Below are positions 51,103 through 63,338 of a DNA stretch of 64,000 nucleotides, piece by piece. Source of the stretch: Raillietiella orientalis (Eukaryota); the NCBI GenBank assembly GCA_036172245.1, contig JAYWIR010000006.1:3782001-3846000 (forward strand). Direction: 5' to 3'. The translations under genes and the position numbers were made by a program. Numbering within the stretch: position 1 is the stretch's first letter; each line of letters opens with the position of its first letter. The notes under the pieces were generated by a model. That model was not told where the DNA came from. It ran no database searches and worked only from the letters and a program-made list of their open reading frames with translations.

Positions 51103-52301
51103 CTTAGCAAAAATCAATGACCGGGAGATCCGGCCGGATGGGCGACGTGCGCGCGAATTTTGCCCGTCCGGCGTCTGCCGTACGCCCGATGGCGCCGCAC
51201 CTTTCTGCGCCGTCGAGAGGCGTCCGGACCGGAGGAAGGTCGCGTCCCGTGCCGAGCAGCTCTGTGCGTCCATTCGGTCGATCGCAGCGAGCAGGCGACG
51301 CAGGGAAAACCGGGTGCCGTCGGCCAGGGGAGGAATAAGGGAAGGCGACCCCAGGCTTCTCACGGTCGGACCATCGCGCTCGCTGCTGCCACCTACCAGC
51401 ATCGGTGGTAGGTGGCACCTACCAGCGTCGCGGCACATGGCGGCGCGGGAAGAAGCTGCGCGCGCGAAGGGACCGTCGCCCCGGCCGCTCCCGCGCCGCC
51501 GTGGCAGGAAGCTGGATGGAATGAAGGGGCGGCGGCGATGCGGCCCCCTCCCTCCCGCTCCACTCCAGCGCGGGCCCGGGACGAGCGGCCCGCCGGTGGG
51601 TTTTCGGATCGGATGGAGAGAACGGCGGACGACCTCCTCACCGTCGGAGGAGGTCGTCCGCCGGCCTCCTTCTGCCCCCCCTCTTCGGTCTCCTCCTTAC
51701 TCGCGGCCGTCCACCGGCAGCTCGGGTGCGCCCGCTCTGCCCCGACCCCAATCCGGGAGTTCCGCGATTCCCCGCACTCGAAGACGCCCCTGAGTCCTGC
51801 GTCGGCGGTTGCAGCGTCCCTCCTCCTACCCCGAGTGCCCCACCTCGGAGGATCTTCCGCGTGAGCACCGAAACCACCCTCCGTTTGCCCCTCCTCGAGC
51901 ACGCGCCGTTCCCTCCGATACGACGGCGTCGCAGATCCCGAAACGAAAACCGGGATGGAGCCGTCGCTCCCTGCGGCCATGGGTTCCAAGGGAGGAACGA
52001 GTAGGGGAGAGCTCTCGCTTGCGGGAAGACGCAGCCCGCGTTATTCCGTGTTCGGGCATCGTCGCTGAAATTTCCTTCGGAACGCAGGGAAAGTGGAGTT
52101 CGGAGTTTCCGGTCTTTGAATTGGCTAGCCGGAGTTGCAGTCAGAGATCCGTCATCCTCGCTTCCCTGCCCTTCCAGGGGCCCGTATGCACTGCCACCGC
52201 GTCTCGGAGTCTTCCGTGCGCTGTAGTAGCCGGAGGGGCCTGCAGATGTGCCCGCGTTGGGGATTCTGCACTCAACGAGTGTTGCCGGGAAGAGTGGCCA
52301 C

Positions 52302-52793
52302 GTTTTTCACCCGGTTGCACCGGAGCATTTGTTATCCCAATAATAACAAAGAACTGTCAAAATTACAAAAGTGTAGAACACGTGGTTATCCTACCGCGTG
52401 CTTGGAACTTGCCAGGATCCGTACATACACCGGCGAGGTCCGTTTCCTCGGCGACGGGGGAGGGAAAACTGGGAAAAAGTAATCAAACAAACACAAACAA
52501 ACAAAAGGGAAGTAAAAGATTTCCTGAAGAGGAAGGCGGAGTCAGGGAAGGGATCACCTTTCCCTGGGAGACGCCCCTTACATCCTGTTCGGGATGCCGT
52601 CATGTTCCATCCGTGTAACGCCCAGGCAGGGCCATCTCGACGCGGTCTTCAAGAAGATCCGTGCCCCGTGGATGGGATCCCTTCCATTCTGAACTCTTCC
52701 GGCGTTCCAGGCTGCCACGATTCCGCTGACGCAGCAGAGGACTGCGAGGGACCCATCAAAAGCAGAAGTATCAGTATTGACAGGCAAATACAC
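52302..52793 (-). mobile_element. Decayed LINE 3' end (second subfamily)
   Basis: GSLAVLCCVSGIVAAW..LKTASRWPCLGVTRMEHDGIPNRM* aligns with the intact ORF C-terminus; hairpin TCCGG-TGCAA-CCGGG at 52302-52333. Confidence 0.75.
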
Positions 52794-52869
52794 TGGACCT
52801 ACGCCGGACGAATGTCTTCAAGACGACTGACTAACTATCTGCACATGGATGAAGCGATTGACCACCTCG

Positions 52870-53990
52870 CCCAATGCAGTCCCAGCCTGCAGCAGCCCCT
52901 GCTCTTTGTTTGCCCCGTCCCACCAAACATGAAAAAAAGAACCGAGGACCTCCTAAGGAAAGCCCTTTTTCGGGGCACAGGGAGGCCTCGAATTCGATCC
53001 AAGGAGTTGGGCGCTTCGCGTAAGGATGGTGGTCCGAGCTTCCTCACGCTGGAGTGCATGCGGCGACAGCCCCAATTCGGAAGACTTGCCCTTGCGGCGA
53101 AGTAATAGACACCACCCTAGTGCGCACCCGCACGCCTCCTCCCCAGAAGAGCGACCGGCTGCGAAGGATCGTCTTCGATGCTCGTGGTCTACGACCGCAT
53201 CCTGAGGCATTGTGGCCACGAGCTGCGCCGAAATGCTTGCCCTGGTGCAGAACGACACCTGGATCTCCTCCCCGCCAGCTGCGCAGCCTGACTTCAGGAG
53301 TCAGTTTCCGTGTGGGGAAAGATCTCCGGCCCGAGCGAGGCGGACTACGCCTGCCTGCGGAGAGGGAGGCACGCCCCTGCGGGAGATCGTGTCCAACCTA
53401 CGCAAACCGCTGTGGGTCTCGTTCACCCCCCCTGCCCCATTGCTACTCTCCCGCGAGAACGCTAGGGACAGCAACGGTCCGGTCAACGTGGGAAGGAAGT
53501 GTCCTGCCTCATCGGAGACGGGAAAAAACAGTTACACGGGTGGACATCTCGGCAGCTAAGGACTCCGAGTGTCCCTCCGGAAGGACTTCCGCGCTGGGGC
53601 GAGCTGCTCGCGATACCTCCGCAGGAGTCACCTTCTTGAAGACCTCTTCCCGACGGCCCCAACTTCAAGCCAAAAATACAAAACTTGTCAGGATCCGCAA
53701 CAGGATTCAGAGGACGTCTCCTGAAGACCAGTAATATCTTCTCCGCCCTCCCTCCCCAAGAAACATTCCCCTCCCTTTTTCTTTCCTTTTTTGTTTACTT
53801 TTTCTTTTGGTTTTCCCTCCCCCTTCGCCGCTGGAGAGGACCTCATCGGTCTCCGCATCGGTTTTGGCAAGTCTTCCGCGCGGAGTAGAACCACGAGTTC
53901 TACCACGATGTCGTAACAACTGCGACCTTACTATGAGATTTCTTTTGAAATTCAAATACTAAACGCACCCGGCAAATCCGGGGTGGCTAA
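52870..53990 (+). mobile_element. Decayed LINE ORF2 3' half and 3' UTR
   Basis: PLLFVCPVPPNMKKRTEDLLRKALFRGTGRPRIRSKELGASRKDGG, CAPARLL and GLPRWGELLAIP match the intact ORF; hairpin CCCGG-CAAAT-CCGGG at 53968-53982. Confidence 0.8.
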
Positions 53991-55029
53991 ACGTCATGAG
54001 CGACGCCCGCCTAGTGAATAGCTCGAAAGAAATTTTCACCGATTAGTAGCCGCCTCAATACGTGCAAAGACTGTCGTGTTAGCAGCTGAGAGAAATCGCA
54101 TTGAGCTCGACGGCATTGAGCAGCGATGGGAATCGGCACCATCGATGGCGCGCCAGCATTGGGCTCCAGCATTTCATCCATGTCCAGAAAGCCATGTGCG
54201 GGTCTTTTTGGTGTCTGCCCGTACAAAAAAAAACGTTCCTACCACTGCGGAACAAGAAAAAGAAAACGTTCTCTCCCGCTTACCACTTGGGGTCCAATGC
54301 GGGGAAGCGAGCAACGGAGCAATACAAAGCAAAAACAAACAAAAAGTGATAGAGAAGAAGATAAAAAAATTCCGTGACGTCACTTCCGTCCTCTGGAGGA
54401 TGCTGGCAAGTTCGAGCTTCTCGTTTCCCACGTAAGGACATCTCTCGGCGATCCCCAGAAATAGTTTTTGCCCGTTGGATAGCTCCTCTGTCGGGGTGGC
54501 AAACGGGGTGGCCTCACCTCTCTGCGTTCCGAGCCTCCGTCGCCATCCTTCGCATGCAGCGAGCGGTTGCTACGCGCGCGGCTGGTGCTCGGCAACGTCC
54601 GTTGAGAGTGCACGCGGGGATCCGGAGGGCCGAAGGCAGATACGTTCCCGCAGGGGCCGGGGGCAACGCAGTCAGGGAGCAGCAGGTGCGCGGTGGTTTC
54701 CCTTCCCCTGCCGCCGTCGCACTACGCGCCTACCCTCCCCCGGGGTCCGGTGGCGAAGGCGAGCTTCCCATGGGAAGCTTCCATGGAAGACCAGCGGCAT
54801 CGGCCCCTGCCCCACGTGAGAAGGAGGGTGCGATTGTCCCGCAACAACACTGAGGCCACACCAGGGGTTCCCGAGGAATCCCCAGAAGCTCGTCCAGCGA
54901 AAAAAAAGCCCTTTGGGGGTACACTCAGGTGCGCAGCGTCCGTAGGATCCCGGATTGTCCACCCACCCGGAAGTTCCCTTTCATCTGCGGTTCAGCAGGA
55001 CACCTCCCGTCTTTCCTGAAGATCGCTGT

Positions 55030-55650
55030 CTCTTCCTTCCCGCAGGGAAGGCAGCACTGGTGCAGAGCGGTGACCGACGTCCACGGTGTCCTGTGGCCGC
55101 TGGCGACGATCTCCTGCAGCGACTGGCGAGTGTTCCCGCCTCGTCGCAGGCAGGTGCACTGCGGGACCCGCTGGCCTTTCCCCGTGCGCTGCCACCGGGG
55201 CACGAAACACTCCCCATGCAGCCACACCGGACACCATGCCACAAACTGGACGCAGCGATTGGCGTGCGAGATGGAAGGTATCCTGCAAGATCGCGGGAGA
55301 AAAGAAGCAGATGAGATGCTGGGCGGCTGGTCGACCAGCTTACGCGCGCACCACCGCCCCCCTCCCTAAAAGTGTTCCTCGCTGGGCGGAGCTCTTGGAC
55401 ATTCCTTCAGAAGAGGTTGAGATGCCCCCGGTGTTCGTGGATGGCTCCACGCGCTTCCCTTGGAGTGGCCGAACTCGGCGCTGCAGCAGTTGCCCTGGGA
55501 CTGCCCATGCAACGCGCGAGTCCACCATGGACGAGGCGGAGTGTGTCTCCGGGCTGTGCCAGGTGTGGGGAACGGGAAACCTGCCCTCTCCTGCTTCCGG
55601 ATTAAGTCGCTGCCCTCCTGAGTGTCCATGAGCGCGTCACTGCGGCCCTC
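55030..55650 (+). mobile_element. Decayed LINE ORF2 C-terminal fragment
   Basis: RWKVSCKIAGEK..PRWAELLDIPSEEV and SPGCARCGERETCPLLL match RWEITCEIAGET..LRWSELLGVPTDEL and SPNCAQCGAVESLPHLL. Confidence 0.75.
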
Positions 55651-56168
55651 CTCACTCCCAATGGGCGACGACAATGAGGCTTGCGGCGCCGCCTCTTCGT
55701 GCGCAACTCAACGCTGCCTGCCTCGAGGCGAGCATCTTCGCCGAACGGAGAGGGCCGAGGGGGTCGAACAGCGAGGTCACCCCAATCTCCTGCTCCTCCG
55801 TGGGGAGAGCGACACGATGGCCGCATCACTGCCAGCAGAAGGAGGAAGTTGCCAGCGTCCTCCAGAGAATGCTGAGGGTCAGAAAGAAACTTGCGACCCC
55901 TCCCCTTCCCCCCCCCCCCCCAAAACGTTTTTAGACTGAACATCGTGTGTGTGTGTTCCCGTTCTCCTTTCTTGTTTACCACCCTCCTTTCTCATCTTCT
56001 GGCCCCATCGGGGGAGCTTCTGGCCAGAAGCAGCGCCTCCCACGGGGAGTTTTCCATCGCAGTGGTGCTGCGGAGCCGCCACCACAAAGGAAGACGTCTT
56101 TCCACCAAATGTGCCCTTTTTTCTTCTTTCTTGCAATGAGCGCCTCGGGGTGACCAAGCGAAGCTGCC

Positions 56169-59100
56169 CTCCCCTACTCGTTCCTCCCTTGGAACCCATG
56201 GCCGCAGGGAGCGACGGCTCCATCCCGGTTTTCGTTTCGGGATCTGCGACGCCGTCGTATCGGAGGGAACGGCGCGTGCTCGAGGAGGGGCAAACGGAGG
56301 GTGGTTTCGGTGCTCACGCGGAAGATCCTCCGAGGTGGGGCACTCGGGGTAGGAGGAGGGACGCTGCAACCGCCGACGCAGGACTCAGGGGCGTCTTCGA
56401 GTGCGGGGAATCGCGGAACTCCCGGATTGGGGTCGGGGCAGAGCGGGCGCACCCGAGCTGCCGGTGGACGGCCGCGAGTAAGGAGGAGACCGAAGAGGGG
56501 GGGCAGAAGGAGGCCGGCGGACGACCTCCTCCGACGGTGAGGAGGTCGTCCGCCGTTCTCTCCATCCGATCCGAAAACCCACCGGCGGGCCGCTCGTCCC
56601 GGGCCCGCGCTGGAGTGGAGCGGGAGGGAGGGGGCCGCATCGCCGCCGCCCCTTCATTCCATCCAACTTCCTGCCACGGCGGCGCGGGAGCGGCCGGGGC
56701 GACGGTCCCTTCGCGCGCGCAGCTTCTTCCCGCGCCGCCATGTGCCGCGACGCTGGTAGGTGCCACCTACCACCGATGCTGGTAGGTGGCAGCAGCGAGC
56801 GCGATGGTCCGACCGTGAGAAGCCTGGGGTCGCCTTCCCTTATTCCTCCCCTGGCCGACGGCACCCGGTTTTCCCTGCGTCGCCTGCTCGCTGCGATCGA
56901 CCGAATGGACGCACAGAGCTGCTCGGCACGGGACGCGACCTTCCTCCGGTCCGGACGCCTCTCGACGGCGCAGAAAGGTGCGGCGCCATCGGGCGTACGG
57001 CAGACGCCGGACGGGCAAAATTCGCGCGCACGTCGCCCATCCGGCCGGATCTCCCGGTCATTGATTTTTGCTAAGGTCTGACGCCTTGGAGGGCGCCTGG
57101 CGCTTGCGTTCGTCCGAGAGCCCGGCGGTCCGTGTGCTGCGGAGGCGGCTGCCTGCGTGGCTCAGCGTCCCGGACGCGAAGAACCTCGTCGAGATCCACG
57201 TCGGAAGGTGGTCGCGTGGATTCCCTTCGCGATTTTTCTCAACCCCGCGAATGGTGCAGGAGATCCCAGCAACATGCAGCAGCGGCGAAACCGCAGCCTC
57301 GTCCGGTCGAATGGCGCCGCCAACGAAAACAACCGGAGGGGAAAGATGGCGGCTCCGACCGGCTGTGCCGCTCCCTCTGTCGGAGTCTCCGGAGAACGGG
57401 AATCCGCGTTGCCGCAGGCGTCCAACAGCGCGTTCGGCCACCTGGAGACTCGAGAATAGGGCGAGAGAGGAGTAGGGACTCGCCGCAAGGCCTTTCGCGG
57501 CAGGCGGTGGAAGCGTCGTAGGGGGACGTGGAGAAAGAGCTCTGTGGATGTGGACCGGGAGCCGCCGAGCCATTTCGCGTGCCATCCGAACGGAAGCGCA
57601 GGCTCTCCGACCCACGGAGGCGACTCCCGGAAGCACACCGAGATGCGTGCATGCAGCAGGAACCGGAAGATCCTGTTCCGCTGTTGAGGCGCTGGGATGG
57701 CTACCGAGGAAAAGCTTCGGAGGGAAGCCTCCTTCGAGCGATCCCAGCGTCCCGGAGCGGGAAGGGGCGGAGACCGGATCGGCGGCCGTGGTCTCGCTTC
57801 CAAGAGTCGCGCGAGCTCGAAGGGCGGGAGCGAGGAGGGAGAGGCTGCCATCTCGAGTCCGAACGCCTTTCCCATCGCCGTGACGACGCTCCGGCAGCGG
57901 TCCGTTGCTTCTTCTACGGCGGGTGAGGCAAGCTTTTTGGGGACACGTCGGCCGAGCGTCCATTCAAGCGGAGGTGCGATGCGAAGTGGGTGGTGGTGGG
58001 TGGCAACTCTTTGGATACTGTAGCCCGAGGGGCGTTGCTAGGTGGAAGTTTGGGCAGCATGCTGCACTTCAGAAGAACCGACGAAACGCATCGAAAGTCT
58101 CCAGCATCTTCTTCTTCTTCTCCCGAGAGCGAAGCGCCACCCACTCGGGTGGGATTCGCTCCGCCTCAGGGGGGGTGTCGCGTCAGAGGCGTCGTCACTT
58201 TGCTGGGGCCGATTGGAGGGCTCGGCTGCCACGTGCGTGCGTGCGTGCGTGCGTGCGTGCGTGTGGGAGACACGCCGACCTGTCCCGCTCGCTCCCCCAA
58301 ACTCATTGCGGATCCCCTCCGCGCTGTGGGATAGATCAGTGCCCCCCTGCTGTGCGGGCGACCGCTGGACCGGGGCTTGCGACGCGCCTGGCAGCCGCAG
58401 GGGGTAGACGCGTGACGACGGACGTGCCTCCTCCCACGCCACACGCCTGCCCTTGTCACACTGGACCTCCGCCTTCTTTTCTGGCCGCCTGTTTGGCGGT
58501 CCCATCTGCGCCATCCGGATCGTTGGGCCGTCTCTGCAAAGTGGGGAGTGGGATGATGCGCGCGACGTATCCGACGCAGGACACGGCCTTCCCCTGGTCC
58601 GGGCGCGCTTTCCGAGAAAAGGGATCGGCATGGTGCCTGCTCCCCTTCTTGGTGGACGGCGCGTGAGGGACGGCACGTGCTCCGCGCCGCGCTTCCTGAG
58701 GACGGCGGCAAGACGGACCCAGACGGGGCACACTCGGATGGAACTTGCCGGCAACCTGGGAAGGATGCAGAGGACGCCCTGCGATCGCTGAGTGCCGGTT
58801 CGGAATTCTTTCGGATGCTGTAGGGCCGATGGCCCTGCACACGTATGCTTCTTGCTTTTACGATGAACGGCCCGGCGTTGGCGGCTGTCGTCGAAGCACT
58901 CGCGGACGGGCAGGCAGCTTTCGCGACCGCCTGTCGACGACGGAGCAGTAGCGAGGGCGTCCTACCGGTGCGCACGCGAAGCGTGGAGCTGTCGCAGCGT
59001 CATCTCGCGGGCGGGCGCGAAACTCGCGCCGGCACCGGCTTCTCCGGCTGGAAGCGAGCAAGCGCGCCGCTTCCACTCTGCGGAAGCCGCCCCCCCCCGA

Positions 59101-59453
59101 GAGGGTTATGAACGAGCTGCATGGAACGCGGTGCACAGCATCCCTCCGAAGGGTGAGGAGAGAAGGGAAGGAAGGGATTGGGACGCGGAGCAACGGGGAC
59201 GGCTCCGTTTTCACGAGGGATGTATTCGTGAAGGTCACCCCCGGTCCCGTTCGCCTCCGACCCGATCGTCTCGGACGCGAGTCATCATGTGGGATGCTGC
59301 GTAGTCCGGTGAGTGCGCTGCAGCTCCTGAAGCGCACGATGCGAGACTGCAAAGCAGTCTTTGCACGGAAATGCCACATGACACACGTTGTTTCTGCACT
59401 TTACGTGCATTGCCGACATACCATGCTGCACACGGTTATATCGTGTACGATGC
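56169..59453 (-). repeat. Right arm of the inverted duplication, carrying the empty LINE site (~58891-58900)
   Basis: Reverse complement of the left arm without the LINE. Confidence 0.97.
57076..58148 (+). CDS. RhoGAP-like (TAGAP/ARHGAP20-like) exon candidates 57076-57207 and 58042-58148; possibly a pseudogene
   Basis: AG/GT-bounded segments read SDALEGAWRLRSSESPAVRVLRRRL..VEIHVG (arginine-finger-like) and VEVWAACCTSEEPTKRIESLQHLLLLLPRAKRHPL. LGWLPRKSF lies between them and FLAACLA follows. Confidence 0.45.
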
Positions 59454-60719
59454 AAATGGTATTTTCGTGCTGTATATATATATCGCATTATAGTACATAT
59501 AGGCATGAATGTCGCTATCATTATGTGTAGTATCTTCCACGTGCAATATTACGGAGACTTTCACAGGGAAGCCGTGGAGTTCTTGGGCTCGGAGGAAACC
59601 GAACACTCGAATGAGGGCTCATCGTATTCCCTGTCTGCAAACAAACGCCCTCCCACGGCTCTGCTACTGAAGAAAGGGACGAGTTTTGTTCCTCCTGTGC
59701 TCCCGAAATTTCGGGCCATTCGTTCGGGGTGACTTGGTTTCGAGTCTTCTCCTCCGAGTGCGTGTTGATGGGGGTCGCACATTCTGGAGGCGGGAATCCA
59801 AACAGTTCGGGAACCCTTATTTCGCCATTGGCTCAGTGATTGGCGATGAGTCCCGTGGCCCGCAGCGCCAGCGAGCTTCGGGTGGAAACCCACTCTAAGC
59901 ACCTGGGTAACCCGACAATTCTTTTCCCCGTTCCTTCTTTGCGTCTTCGATCAGGGCAGTCTCCGGGTTCCGCCTCTTCGGCGCAGCATCCGCCTTTCGT
60001 TCCGCCCTCCTCCGGTGCTTGTGGCGCACAGCCGCGGGCTCTTCGTATCTGCGGATCTTCCTTAGTCCGCGAACGTCTGCGGAGACGAAACGGATCGTGA
60101 AACAGTGAGGTTTTGCAGAAGGCACGTTTTCGGGCCGCGTGGGCCATGCGTGAGTTTTCGTGGTCCCCTGGTCCCGGGGATTCCGAAAGCCGCGGGTGGA
60201 CAGGCAGCGATCTCGTCTCATCCTTGGCCGTTCAGCAGTGGCACAGCCGCTTGATCCGAAGAGGTCCTGGAGACGGGGTGGCTGGTCCCCGTTTGCCCCC
60301 CGAAGCCACAGGTCGTTCCGCGGACGCACTTGAGAGCCTCTGGGATCTATCCACGCGACGGGGGTCGGGGGGATCTTTCAGGGAAAGGGAGGGCGCTCTG
60401 AGGATTCCTCGCGCGGAGCGCCCCCAGGCGGTACGACAGCAGGCGATAGAGCAAATAAGCAGGGAGAACTCCGAGCGGAGGAGGGTAGTGGCGAGAAGGA
60501 AGAGGGATTTTTCCATCTTTTGCCACGGGCGACTTCGACCAAACGCGCGACTGGCCACAGGTGCGTCCAGGTACCCCTCGCACGGAAGAAGCCTCGGCCG
60601 TCCTCAGAGGGTAGGCGGTTCGGGAAGTCAGCGCCAACGCGGGAGCCAGTCTTGCAGGCACCTCCGCACGCCTTGGGCGTGCACAGCGAGCCGCAGTGCT
60701 ATGCGATGCAACCTACTAA

Positions 60720-61420
60720 TGTAATGCATTAGGCTCAGGGATCTCGGTATGTAACGTAAAACACCATGCAAAGGCGTTCCTATTCCAGTGTGCAGTTCAC
60801 GATAGCCCATAGAGTCATAATTCCCACATAGTGTGCCAGATAACGCAGCATTCGTACACGTGTAGGTGTATGATACGCAGCGCAGTGTGCACACTCTCAG
60901 CACCCGCATGCATCGCACGCCACACGGTGTTACGTGAAACTGAGCCCATATGTACATTGCGGAGCTCAATGGGAGGGAGAGTCCTTATGTAGTGAAGCGC
61001 CCACGTATTTCGTAGTGCACCACCAAGCAACACCATGGTGTGCACAGTACGCAGCGTGGCATTCATATGCGCGTCATAATGCAAGTGATGTACAAGCATC
61101 CGAACGTATACCTTAGCGTCCATGTGTCACCTAGCAACTATACATACCACAGTGTTCCACACGTTTGCAACATGCTCGCACACAACACCATAATGCCGAT
61201 GTACGCACACTATTATATCCGCAACTACGTATATATACAACTACACATACATATTTGGAAGATGTTCTTTTCTATACATACACACGCTGCACGCATATTA
61301 CATCCACCAGCATTTACCACGCTGCGTGCATATCACATAACTATATATGCAAGCAACTATATATATATGTGTGTGTGTGTGTGTTTGTAAATGTATATGT
61401 ATGTGTACAGCACGGTAGCC
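60720..61420. repeat. Degenerate purine-pyrimidine (TA/CA/TG) low-complexity region; similar composition at 41990-42500 and 59450-59550
   Basis: Runs of ATACAC, TATATG and TGTGTG; AT-richer than the flanks. Confidence 0.7.
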
Positions 61421-62739
61421 ACATTCAATTCCTGTTTTTTCATAAGTGTGTAGCAGTGCCCACGCGTAGATACTCAAGTGATTCCCGTATATCTTTGCAT
61501 GTTCTTTTAGATAGCTCACCGCTGCTTCGCAGCTTTGCCTTGGGGCATCAAGGGGCGCGCGTCCTTGAGGTGACAGCACGAGTGCTTCGCGCCCACCACA
61601 GTCGCCCATTTCCTTCTTCGTCCCTTCGCAAGCGGGTGCTGCTCCGCGGAAGCGGACCGTCTGGAGACTGCGGACGAGGCTCGTGACATCATCTGTCTTC
61701 GGCGCTCTCGGGCGCGCGCGCGACAGAGCGGGGAGGGGGGACGCAGGCGCGTCGAGCCGCCATTTTGTTCCACACCCCACTTCTGGCACGCCGGTGCGGA
61801 AGAAGTCACATGGGGAAAGCGGCCTCCGGCGGTGGGGTCTCTCTCAGACTAGGGCCGCTCATGCGTCGGAGGTGGGCAGCCCTACGCCCGAGCGAGGATG
61901 ACGCCGTTGCACTGGGCTGCTCCCCATCCAGTCCCACTTCCCACGAGGGCGAGCTGAGGCGCCTCCGCTTCGCGCCGACCTTGCAGCAAGACGCGGCGAC
62001 TGAGGGTGGAACCTGTGGCAAACCGCGGAAGGGTTCGCGGCGGGCGGGCAAACTTCGGCTTCCCTGGACGACCCGGGAAGCAGGCGGCAGCCTCTGCCCG
62101 GGCGTCCCTCCTTCCGAAGGCCGATCTTCTCCGGAAGAAGAAGGAACCCGCCCCGAGCTCGCTCACGCACTCGTCGCCGTGGAGACCGAGAGCTCTGGAA
62201 CGGACGGACAGCGTGGGGACGTGGCGACGGGGCGACCACGGAAGGGTCTGCTTGCCGCTCTTCCAAGGTTACGCCAGCGTGGCGCATGCGGGGGGGTTGG
62301 CTCGGGAGCTATAAGAACGCAATGCTCCCCGCGGGGGCGGGCGCCCACGGTTTGCTGCTGTTTTGCGGCGCTCAGTGTGCTCGGTGGTGGATCCTCGCAT
62401 TCCGAGGTAGGCTCGTTTGTGGTCGCCGTGGAAACGAATTCTTTGCCGGTCAGCCTCCACTTCTCTTTTCCCTTCCTCCTGCAACGACGGCACCTTTTTT
62501 TGGTTTATTTTTTTTTGGAGCATTCTTTTCCTGAGTTCATGGCAGTCCCAGAAGCGCCACCCCGGATGGGAGCCGGGCGCAGCCTTTCCTCCCTCTGAGT
62601 CTCTCCAAGGGAAGAGGAAGAGGAAGGGAGGAAGCCCTTCGAGGAGGAACAGAGTGGGAAGAAGAAGAAAGCAGCGGTCCCGGAAGCGAATCCCTGAGGA
62701 AGCGGGAACGCAAGGAGGAGGGGGAGAAGTAGGCGAAGC

Positions 62740-62895
62740 ATGCCTCCTCCTGCGGGCGCCGCCAAGGCGCCACCACCGCCGGCTGCCGCTGGTCAGACGG
62801 CAGACATCAGCTTCCTCACCTTGTTCTTCCTGGCCGTCATAGCGCTGATCCTGTTCCTCTGGCACCGTTCCGTCAAGAGGCGCAGCGATAACGAG
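62740..62895 (+). CDS. Exon 1 of a type II single-pass membrane coiled-coil protein
   Basis: ATG at 62740, hydrophobic ISFLTLFFLAVIALILFLW, GAG|GTGAG donor in phase 0. Confidence 0.7.
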
Positions 62896-63338
62896 GTGAG
62901 CCAGATCTCGCCGCACGCCAGCAGCAGCGCCAGCAACGACAGCACCCGTTCACCCACCCGCGCACACACCCAGCTGCTCTCTTCCGCAGGGTTTCCTTGC
63001 CCTTCCGCGCTCTGTCCACGAAGGGAAATAATGGTCCAGGGTGCTCGCCTCCAGCGTCTCTCTTCCTCCTTCCTTAATCTAACTTCCCCCTCCTCCCTGT
63101 TTCTTCCTCTACTTCCTCTTCTTCCTCCTCTCTGTTTGCTCCTCTTCGCCGGTTAAGCCGGTGACCACCCTGGGAGCGCGCAGTCTCTGGAAGGGAGGGT
63201 CTACCGCTGTCAGCGGGCGCGTGAAGGCGCCACGGACGGGCGGTGCGCCACTCTGCTCCACGGCGGAGCCAGTGGCTGGCTGGCTGGCTCTCTGCGCCCT
63301 GAGGGGGAGCCCGGGGCGTATCCGTTGGTCCCTTCCAG

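Larger units (their letters stand above)
45617..52009 (+). repeat. Left arm of a large inverted duplication, interrupted by LINE 46173-49286
   Basis: 49287-52009 is the reverse complement of 56169-58891 (coordinate sum 108178). 45617-46172 mirrors 58900-59453. The ORF track is mirrored. Confidence 0.97.

Noticed and set aside
45617..59453. Polinton/Maverick or foldback transposon with long TIRs
   Set aside because: No transposase, integrase or polymerase in the spacer, no TSD or characteristic termini; the arms look like host gene DNA.
59560..60700. Further LINE endonuclease/linker remnant
   Set aside because: Only faint motifs (GEK..F); too weak to list as a feature.
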